A DNA stretch of 64,000 nt from an uncultured Pseudomonadota bacterium (GTDB lineage: Bacteria > Vulcanimicrobiota > Vulcanimicrobiia > Eremiobacterales > Eremiobacteraceae), in assembly GCA_963736005.1 (NCBI GenBank), contig CAVTNB010000001.1, forward strand, positions 1,056,001 to 1,120,000, in the 5' to 3' direction. The notes under the pieces were generated by a model, which did not search any database, was not told the origin of the DNA, and worked only from the letters and a program-made list of their open reading frames with translations. The translations under genes and the position numbers were made by a program. Shown here in pieces: positions 56,858-64,000 of the stretch. The stretch's first letter is position 1. The number at the start of each line of letters is the position of its first letter.

Positions 56858-59593
56858 CTATGGGCTCGCCGCTTTGGGCCAATAACCCGCGAGTTGCGCG
56901 CGAGTTTTCACATTCAGGCGGGCGAAAATCTGCGAAATGTGGTGTTCCACGGTATGTTCGCTGATGCGCAACCCCGCGGCTATGGCTCGATTGGTCTGCC
57001 CCTTTGCTACCAGCGCTGCAATTTGTGCCTGCCGCGCGGTCAGTACGAGCGCGCGAGGTTTCTCTCGTCCGGCTCTCAGTCTCTGGGTGTCGCGCGCATC
57101 GCCAATGGCGCGATAGCGTCTCAGGGCCTCGTCCTCGCGGCCTGCCAGTTCGATCGCGATTGCTTGATAGAAACGATGACCCACGCGCGACATGGCCGCC
57201 GCCGCAGCCGCGGCAAGTCGAACCGACCTGGGAGAAACACTGCGATGCGCGACCAGTGCCTCAAAGAGCAGGCGATAGGCTCGTTTGACCCGCGGTCGCG
57301 CCGTCGAGGAGGCTAGGAGCGCTCTGGCAGCCGAGAGGTCCTCCGCCGGGCCCAACCGAGCAATTGAAAGAAAAAACGGCCAACACCGATGCGCGCGACG
57401 AACGTGCTCGTGTGTGGTGTGCAATACCTCAACGGCCTCTGCTCGCAAGCCTTGCCCCTCTTTGAGCTCAGCCAACGCTGCCGCAACCGAGCCAACTCGC
57501 TGCATTTCGCCCGAACGCACGGCGAACTCGAGCGCCCGTGGATCCGCGCAGGCGGTTAAGAGTCCCCGGTCCTCGAGCAGCAGGCCAACCCAAATGCCGA
57601 CGCAGGCAGCTTTGGTTTTGAGCGTTGCCGTCGACACGCCGGTTTCGAGCGCCTCCCAAACGAGCGGCCGGGCTAACTGCACTTGACCCGCGAGCACCAG
57701 CGTCCAAGCATAGTTGAGCGCTGAGTATGCCACGCGCCACATCATCCCAGTCCGGCGGGCTTCTTCAACTGCCACGAGGTGACGCTCTTGCGCAAGCGCA
57801 AGGTCGCCGAGGTCGACGGCGCCGAGTGCGAAGTTGTTCTCGATTTGAGAGATGAGTTCGCTGTCGCCAGTGTGCGCTGCCAAGAGCGATGCGGCGCGCA
57901 AATGCTGAAGTGCGGCGCGCGTTCGCCCGAGAAGGGCCAAGGCTTCTCCACGCACTTCATGCCACGCGGCGCGGGTGGCGCTGTCAAGGCGGCGCAGCGC
58001 TCGCTCGACCGTTGCGAGACGACCCAACGCTTGTTCGGGCTCCCCCAACGTCGTGGCAAAACGAGCGGCGGTTAGCACAGCGCGGGCGTGCATGCTCGCG
58101 TCACCGACTCGCTCGAGATCGCCCGCAGCCTGCCCAGCCACTTGGAGCGCCTCAGAGGTGCGTGCGTCCACCCACGCTTGGTCCGCAAACTGCAACATGG
58201 CGTTTGCTGCGCCGTCGCGCTCGCCGAGCAACTCACGTTCCGCGCGGGCGCGCACGAACCACCCAGCGGCCTCATCACCGCAACCATCGATGTAGAGCAA
58301 CGTGCCCAATCGCTCGTAGATCAGGGCGCGCGATGCACCCGTCGGATATGACCAATCCAGCGCCGCGCTGTAGAAGCGGATGGCATCGCGATACGCACGG
58401 GCTTTTGTCGCTGCTTCAGCCGCAGCTTCGTTCCAGCGCCTGGCTTTGTCCGCGTTACGCGCGGCCGACCAATGATAGGCGAGCTCCGCCGAGCGGTCGA
58501 TGGAATCGGCGCGTGCTTCGAGCACTTGGGCGATCCGCGCGTGCAGCGGTGCCGCAAGGGCATGAATGACCTGGTCGGCAAGCGCTTGACGAATCAGGGC
58601 ATGCCGGAACCGAAAGCGTTCGGGATTTGCCTGGTCTTCGCGGATCAGACCGCAGTCGACAGCTCGTTGCAACAGCGCAATCGTGGAGCCGACGCTCCGC
58701 TCCGCGATCGTGCTGAGGAGGGAGACGTCGAAACGTCCGCCCACCAGAGCGGCTCGGGCCAAGATCTCACGCTCGCTCGGATCAAACGGTGCGAGGCGCT
58801 CGGCGAGAATGGCTTGCACGGACAGCGGTACCCGCACGTGGAGATCGAGCGTGCCATTCTCGACTGCAATGCGCGCAAGCTCTTCTGCGAAGAGCGGATT
58901 GCCGTCGGCGAGCTCTTCGATCCGACCAAGCGTCGCGGGGTCGATGTGCAGATCGCGCGCGCGCAACGTTTGGTGGACGAGGCGGCGAATCTCGTTGCGA
59001 CGCATCCCACCCAGGGCGAGCGTACTGAAACCACATCGCGAGGCCGTGCTGCGAAAATCAGCAAGCACAGGATCCCACGTGGTGTGATCGGAGCGCAAAA
59101 TAACGAGCAGAAGGGTGCCGGGCGTGCGCAAGCGCTGCATAAGGAAGCGAAGCAACTCGAGCGTTGCTGGATCTGCGACGTGAACGTCTTCGATCGCGAG
59201 GACGAGCGGCTTGCGCCCACTCTCGCGCTCGATGGCGTTGACGACGGCTGCAAAAAAGGAGGCTTTGTCGAGCGCAGGAGCAGTCGCATTCGTCTGCGCA
59301 AAGGCGCGCCGGTGATCGAGGCGCTCGAGGATCGCAGCGAAAGGTTCGTACGCCGAACCAGCGCCTGAACAGGTCCCGACCACGGTGGATGCCTGATCAT
59401 GCACGGACGCAAGAAACTCGGCGACAAGCCTGGACTTGCCAATGCCAATTTCGCCCTCGACCAGCACAAAGCGCGCCTGCGTCTCGCTCGCTAGGCGTAG
59501 TTGTGCGCGCAAACTATCAAGTTCGTCGCGCCGTCCAACAAATTCATCGCTCGACAGCGGCGACGAAATAATCGCCGAGGCTACAGTAGACAC
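56858..59593 (-). CDS. STAND/AAA-ATPase, TPR-like and LuxR-HTH transcriptional regulator
   Basis: FVGRRDEL, Walker A GEIGIGKS, Walker B IEDVH, GNPLF, FRHALIR; LTARQAQIA...GQTNRAIA...TVEHH. Confidence 0.92.
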   Translation of the reverse strand: MSTVASAIISSPLSSDEFVGRRDELDSLRAQLRLASETQARFVLVEGEIGIGKSRLVAEFLASVHDQASTVVGTCSGAGSAYEPFAAILERLDHRRAFAQTNATAPALDKASFFAAVVNAIERESGRKPLVLAIEDVHVADPATLELLRFLMQRLRTPGTLLLVILRSDHTTWDPVLADFRSTASRCGFSTLALGGMRRNEIRRLVHQTLRARDLHIDPATLGRIEELADGNPLFAEELARIAVENGTLDLHVRVPLSVQAILAERLAPFDPSEREILARAALVGGRFDVSLLSTIAERSVGSTIALLQRAVDCGLIREDQANPERFRFRHALIRQALADQVIHALAAPLHARIAQVLEARADSIDRSAELAYHWSAARNADKARRWNEAAAEAATKARAYRDAIRFYSAALDWSYPTGASRALIYERLGTLLYIDGCGDEAAGWFVRARAERELLGERDGAANAMLQFADQAWVDARTSEALQVAGQAAGDLERVGDASMHARAVLTAARFATTLGEPEQALGRLATVERALRRLDSATRAAWHEVRGEALALLGRTRAALQHLRAASLLAAHTGDSELISQIENNFALGAVDLGDLALAQERHLVAVEEARRTGMMWRVAYSALNYAWTLVLAGQVQLARPLVWEALETGVSTATLKTKAACVGIWVGLLLEDRGLLTACADPRALEFAVRSGEMQRVGSVAAALAELKEGQGLRAEAVEVLHTTHEHVRRAHRCWPFFLSIARLGPAEDLSAARALLASSTARPRVKRAYRLLFEALVAHRSVSPRSVRLAAAAAAAMSRVGHRFYQAIAIELAGREDEALRRYRAIGDARDTQRLRAGREKPRALVLTARQAQIAALVAKGQTNRAIAAGLRISEHTVEHHISQIFARLNVKTRAQLAGYWPKAASP

Positions 59594-59687
59594 CGCTTTT
59601 TCTCCGAGACTCCCTGCTTTGTTGCAGCAAAACGCCCACCCTCCCTCGCGACGCGCAAATTCTCAAAGGGCGCAGGAGCGGGTTCGA

Positions 59688-59708
59688 GCGGACCTAAAGC
59701 GCTGTTAC
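59688..59708 (-). repeat. Degenerate REP family C just upstream of the MATE start
   Basis: GCGGACCTAAAG-CGCTGTTAC. Confidence 0.5.
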
Positions 59709-59710
59709 CT

Positions 59711-61093
59711 ATGCAAGCGGCGCGCCGGCCTGGCGTCAATATCTTCGATCAATCGAAGCCGATGTGGCAATGGTTTGCTATCTTCTTGATCCCGGTGATG
59801 ATCGCCAACATCCTCCAGTCCGCATCGCAGACCTTCAGCACGATCTTCTTGGGTCGGATGATTGGCGTCAATGCGCTGGCGGCGGTGTCGGCCGTTTTCC
59901 CAGTCATTTTCCTCTTGGTTGCCTTCTTGATCGGCTTGGCGAGTGGGAGCACGGTCCTCATTGGGCAAGCGTTCGGCGCCGGCGACGAACATCGGGTGAA
60001 AAAAGTTGCGGGTACGATGCTCGGGGCAACGCTTGGGTTGGGTATCCTCGTTGCAATCGTCGGCAATCTTATTTCGCCTGCGCTCCTTGCCGCGCTGCAT
60101 ACGCCACCCAACATTTTGCCGCAAGCTGACGCCTACGCCCGAGTCATCTTCTTGGTGATGCCAATTATTTTTCCGTATTTGGCGTACACCACATTCATGC
60201 GAGGCACGGGAGACTCGCAAACGCCGCTGTATTCTTTGATCGTGAGCACCGTCCTCACGGTTTTCTTCACCCCCGCATTCATTCGCGGCTGGTTCGGCCT
60301 TCCACAACTTGGTGTGGTGAGCGCCGCGGTTGCCGGCTTGATCAGTCAAGGCGTCGCACTGTTTGCGCTTATCGTTTATCTCGCGCGAATTCGCCACCCG
60401 CTGCGCTTCGACGCCGAAATGGCGCGCGACATGCTCGTGGACTGGCGTGTCTTGTGGCAAGTAGTCAAAATCGGCGTACCGACTGGCGTTCAAGTTATCA
60501 TGGTTTCGCTGGCCGAAATCGCGGTTATTTCCTTTGTCAATCGTTTTGGCTCGAGCGCGACGGCCGCGTATGGCGCGGTGAATCAGGTCGTCAACTACGT
60601 TCAGTTTCCGGCTATATCCATTGGCATCACGGCCTCGATCTTCGGCGCCCAGTGTATCGGTGCGCGCCGCGAGGATTTGCTCGGCACGGTGGTGCGATCG
60701 GCAGTCGGTATGAACTATGTGGTGGGCGGCATTCTCATATCGCTGTGCTACATTTTTGCGTCCGCTATTCTTGGTTGGTTCATCACCGATGTGCACACGC
60801 TGCAGATCGCTCATACCCTCATCATGATTACGCTGTGGTCGTACCTTCTGTTTGGCAACAGCGCTGTGATCAGTGGTGTCGTGCGCGGCAGCGGCGATGT
60901 GATCGTGCCCATGCTCAATGGAATTTTCGCCATTTGGGGTATCGAGGTGCCGGCAGCGTACATTTTGATGCATTATTTCGGATTGAATGGCGTGTGGATG
61001 GGTTACCCCATCTCCTTCGTGGTGGTCCTGACGCTCCAGTATTCGTACTATAACTTCTTCTGGAAACGCCGGATTCACGAGCGGATCATCTAG
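59711..61093 (+). CDS. MATE-family efflux transporter
   Basis: ALAAVS...GQAFGA, RGTGDSQTPL, IGVPTG, RGSGD; about 12 TM. Confidence 0.92.
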   Translation: MQAARRPGVNIFDQSKPMWQWFAIFLIPVMIANILQSASQTFSTIFLGRMIGVNALAAVSAVFPVIFLLVAFLIGLASGSTVLIGQAFGAGDEHRVKKVAGTMLGATLGLGILVAIVGNLISPALLAALHTPPNILPQADAYARVIFLVMPIIFPYLAYTTFMRGTGDSQTPLYSLIVSTVLTVFFTPAFIRGWFGLPQLGVVSAAVAGLISQGVALFALIVYLARIRHPLRFDAEMARDMLVDWRVLWQVVKIGVPTGVQVIMVSLAEIAVISFVNRFGSSATAAYGAVNQVVNYVQFPAISIGITASIFGAQCIGARREDLLGTVVRSAVGMNYVVGGILISLCYIFASAILGWFITDVHTLQIAHTLIMITLWSYLLFGNSAVISGVVRGSGDVIVPMLNGIFAIWGIEVPAAYILMHYFGLNGVWMGYPISFVVVLTLQYSYYNFFWKRRIHERII

Positions 61094-61105
61094 CGGGCCA
61101 GAGCC

Positions 61106-61177
61106 ATCACATTTAGGTACTTGACACGGGCATGGTAAATGTGATATTTAGTCAAGTGACCAAGGCGTATGACTAAA
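61106..61177 (+). promoter_or_regulatory. Promoter (TTGACA at 61121) with two overlapping palindromic systems; probable TetR operator
   Basis: ATCACATTTA (61106-61115) / TAAATGTGAT (61136-61145); TTAGTCA-AG-TGACCAA (61148-61163); TGACTAAA (61170-61177). Confidence 0.6.
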
Positions 61178-61238
61178 CCATAAAATGGCCCTCATAGGCC
61201 CTGGTTCTCTGCTCTCTGCGTAAAGGAGGACCGCCCCC

Positions 61239-61883
61239 ATGGCGACTCAGACCCAAGCCCAACCGAGGGCCACCGGCAAGGCATACGTGCTGCAGGGCAC
61301 GCTGCTCGAGGCCTGTTCGTGCAAGACGCTTTGCCGTTGCTGGATCGGCGAAGATCCCGACGACGGCGCGTGCGATGCCTTCAATGCGTACCACATCGAC
61401 AAAGGCGAGATTAATGGCATCGACGTGTCCGGCCTTACCTACGTTCAGGTCGTGAAGATTCCTGGCAACGTGCTCGTTCCAAAGAGTTGGACGCGCGTCA
61501 CGTATGTTGACGGACGGGCAACAGACGCACAGAAGCAAGCAATCCTGGATGCGTGGCATGGGCGTTTAGGTGGACCGCTTGCCGACTTGAATAGCCTCAT
61601 CAAAGAAGACCTCGCCATCTACACGTTGCCTATCAATCACAAACTCACAGGCGGCGAAGGCACCCTCTCGGTGGGCGACAAGATCCGCGCGACAATGGCC
61701 CCGTACAAGAGCGCGTATGGCACTGCAACGACGTTGCGCGACAGCATCTTCAGTACGATTGCCGGTGCGCCCGCCTACGTCTCCAAGGCATCCGAGCACG
61801 TCGTGAACATTCCGGAGCACAACATGGTCTGGGCGTTTAAAGATCGCAATGCAATCCAAGGCGACTTCCGGTTCGAAGCCTAG
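61239..61883 (+). CDS. DUF1326 family Cys-motif protein
   Basis: EACSCKTLCRCWIGEDPDDGAC; AAAGGAGG RBS. Confidence 0.85.
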   Translation: MATQTQAQPRATGKAYVLQGTLLEACSCKTLCRCWIGEDPDDGACDAFNAYHIDKGEINGIDVSGLTYVQVVKIPGNVLVPKSWTRVTYVDGRATDAQKQAILDAWHGRLGGPLADLNSLIKEDLAIYTLPINHKLTGGEGTLSVGDKIRATMAPYKSAYGTATTLRDSIFSTIAGAPAYVSKASEHVVNIPEHNMVWAFKDRNAIQGDFRFEA

Positions 61884-61885
61884 CC

Positions 61886-62674
61886 ATGGCAAGGATCGCA
61901 GGCTGCGCAAGCAACCCCAAGCGTCATCCTCTTTCGACGCTTGGGATTCTCTTTGCCGTCATTCTTGCAGCCTGGGCGCTGTGCATATGGGCGGAATGGA
62001 GCGGCATTGCCGTTTCGTTCCACCATCACGCGCTGTACGAGAGTGGCCGGCCGTTCTGGTCGTCCGCGCTCATCATGCTCGGCGCTTGGCAAGTGATGAC
62101 AGCGGCGATGATGTTGCCGTCCTCGCTTGGCTTCATCCGGATGTATAGCGCGACCGCGAAGAACGCCCCCGAGTTCCCCGCCACGATCGCGCTCTTTCTG
62201 ACTGCCTACTTTGCCGTGTGGAGCGCTTTTGCACTTGTGGCCTTCGCTGGAGACATGCAAGTGCACCGGGCAGTCGATGCCTGGCCGTGGCTCAACACGC
62301 ATCCGCAAGTCGTGCTTGCCAGCACGCTTCTCCTCGCGGGAATATATCAACTGACTCCGCTCAAAGATGCGTGCTTGAGAGCCTGTCGGCATCCAGGCAT
62401 GTATCTTGCTCGGCACTATCAGCGCGGCATGCTCAATGGATTCGCAATCGGTCTTGGACATGCGCTTTTCTGCTTGGGTTGCTGCTGGGCGCTTATGCTC
62501 GTGATGTTTGCCGCAGGTGTCGCGCATTTGGCTTGGATGGGGGCCCTGGGTGTGGTGATGCTCGTGGAAAAGGGCGCACGACATGGAGAGCGTTTGGTGG
62601 TGCCCGTGGGTGGAGTCCTCGCAGCGCTTGCTCTGATCAGCTTGCTCGCGCCTCACGCGATACCAGGATTATAG
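61886..62674 (+). CDS. DUF2182 family predicted metal-binding integral membrane protein
   Basis: WQVMTAAMMLPS, YQLTPLKDACLRACRHP, CLGCCWALM. Confidence 0.88.
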   Translation: MARIAGCASNPKRHPLSTLGILFAVILAAWALCIWAEWSGIAVSFHHHALYESGRPFWSSALIMLGAWQVMTAAMMLPSSLGFIRMYSATAKNAPEFPATIALFLTAYFAVWSAFALVAFAGDMQVHRAVDAWPWLNTHPQVVLASTLLLAGIYQLTPLKDACLRACRHPGMYLARHYQRGMLNGFAIGLGHALFCLGCCWALMLVMFAAGVAHLAWMGALGVVMLVEKGARHGERLVVPVGGVLAALALISLLAPHAIPGL

Positions 62675-62744
62675 CAGCGAAACTCGCACCCCAGTCTTGT
62701 TGGAGGGACGAACAATCAAAGCAGTGCAGCGTCAACGAGTCGGC

Positions 62745-63350
62745 ATGACGCCCGCGCGCGAGGAAGCCGAGCAGGCTTTTCTCGACGCGGCCGAGCGATT
62801 GCTTGTGAGTGTTGGCTACGGCGGCATTTCCACACGCAAGCTCGCTGAGGAGGCCGGACTCAACCACGGTCTCGTCCACTACTACTTTGGGTCCATGCAA
62901 GAGCTGCTCTTGCAGGTCCTCGAGCGCTTTACCGATCGGTTGATCTCGCGGCAGCGTGCGATGTACGCGAGCAATATGCCCTTCATCGACAAATGGCGCG
63001 AGGCGATGCGCTATCTCGAAGAAGACAACGCGAGCGGCTATGCAAAAGTCTGGTACGAACTGCAGGCACTGGGTTGGAATGATCCAGATATTCGCAAGCG
63101 CGTCGCCAAAGTCGATCAAGCATGGCAACAAGTTGTCACGGAAGCCTTCGACCAAGCAATGGACGAATACAAGCTCGATCGCGAAGAGTTTCCCCTCCGC
63201 GCGATCGTCGCGCTCGTTGCCACCTTCAACGTCGGCATGCATTTGCGCATGCTGTCCGGCATTCGCACCGGCCACAGGGAGCTGCTGGAGTGGATCGAGA
63301 GTTGGTTAGAAAATCTTGAGGCAAACAAGGCAAAGCGAGCGGTGAAATGA
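62745..63350 (+). CDS. TetR/AcrR-family regulator; start uncertain
   Basis: FLDAAERLL...STRKLAEEAGLNHGLVHYYFGS. Confidence 0.92.
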   Translation: MTPAREEAEQAFLDAAERLLVSVGYGGISTRKLAEEAGLNHGLVHYYFGSMQELLLQVLERFTDRLISRQRAMYASNMPFIDKWREAMRYLEEDNASGYAKVWYELQALGWNDPDIRKRVAKVDQAWQQVVTEAFDQAMDEYKLDREEFPLRAIVALVATFNVGMHLRMLSGIRTGHRELLEWIESWLENLEANKAKRAVK

Positions 63351-64000
63351 GAGCGCGGTATCCCGATCGCGAAGGCTTTGCCGAGCGGGAAGGCATCAAA
63401 ATCCACTACGAAGTTTACGGCGACGGGCCGCAGACGGTCTTGTTGCTGCCGCCCTGGTCAATCACGCATTCGCGCGTGTGGAAAGCGCAGGTTCCGTATC
63501 TCACGCGTCATTTTCGCGTCGTCACGTACGATGCGCCCGGCAATGGAAAGTCTGACCGACCACAAGATCCAAAACAGTATACGGATTGGAAGCGAGTAGC
63601 GGATGCGATGGCAGTGATGGGCGCGACTGGCGCGCAGCGGGCAGTGATCGTCGGCATCTGCACCGAGGCGTGGACGGCGACGTTGCTCGCGGGCGAGCAC
63701 CCGCAAGCTGCCTTGGGGTTGGTCTTCTTCTCGCCGGTGTCGCCCTATGGCGAGAGCTTACCCGAGCGCGAAGCTGCGCCATTTGATGCCGTCCTCGACC
63801 AGCACGAAGGCTGGGCCAAAGAGAATCGTCACTATTGGCTGAGCAACTACCGTGATTTCTTGGAGTTTTTCTTCGGGCAAGCCCTGTATGAGCCTCACTC
63901 GACCAAGCAGTTGGAAGATGCGGTGGGCTACGGTCTCGAGACTACTCCTCAAACCCTTCTCGCCACGGTCGACGCGCCCGAATATCTCGCGACCTTGAAG
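63347..64000 (+). CDS. Alpha/beta-fold hydrolase, 3'-truncated by the window edge and absent from the ORF track
   Basis: ATGA overlap with TetR; my translation: MRARYPDREGFAEREGIKIHYEVYGDG...HSRVWKAQVPYL...YDAPGNGKSDRP...VIVGICTEAW. Confidence 0.88.
   Translation, partial: MRARYPDREGFAEREGIKIHYEVYGDGPQTVLLLPPWSITHSRVWKAQVPYLTRHFRVVTYDAPGNGKSDRPQDPKQYTDWKRVADAMAVMGATGAQRAVIVGICTEAWTATLLAGEHPQAALGLVFFSPVSPYGESLPEREAAPFDAVLDQHEGWAKENRHYWLSNYRDFLEFFFGQALYEPHSTKQLEDAVGYGLETTPQTLLATVDAPEYLATLK

Noticed and set aside
56858..59593. STAND ATPase as an Avs-type anti-phage system
   Set aside because: C-terminal LuxR HTH and no nuclease/TIR/SIR2 effector; fits a transcriptional regulator
59705..61078. 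457-aa ORF antisense to the MATE gene
   Set aside because: Shadow ORF mirroring a hydrophobic GC-rich gene; no recognisable motifs
1..64000. tRNA, rRNA, IS/transposase, prophage or a compositionally foreign island
   Set aside because: None recognisable by eye; small ncRNAs cannot be excluded without a covariance-model search

Overview
Bacterial chromosomal region, GC-rich and gene-dense (about 55 CDS). I see no rRNA, tRNA, CRISPR array, prophage or transposase. The protein families, notably two paralogous Cys-rich TonB-dependent-receptor-like proteins, suggest Candidatus Eremiobacterota (Vulcanimicrobiota); this is inference only. Main content: an OmpR response regulator, STAS-like protein and sensor kinase; many secreted hydrolases; a 2-oxoacid:ferredoxin oxidoreductase pair; two PilZ paralogues; a putrescine/GABA catabolic operon (gabT-patA-ALDH) with a divergent PucR-family regulator; larB-larE between two APC permeases; a LemA/TPM operon; a WYL regulator with a VOC gene; a STAND-LuxR regulator, second TonB-dependent receptor and S9 peptidase; a MATE exporter; and a DUF1326-DUF2182-TetR-hydrolase operon. 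Best candidate for an undescribed system: the same promoter architecture (TTGT-N8-TACATAGT-N19-TACACT) lies upstream of both gabT and the TonB-dependent receptor/flavin amine oxidase pair. This points to a PucR-controlled outer-membrane polyamine or amine utilisation locus. Second highlight: about 30 copies of at least three GTAG-type REP palindrome families. About 27 of 30 share one orientation, several supply gene stop codons, and two sit in frame inside protein N-termini.
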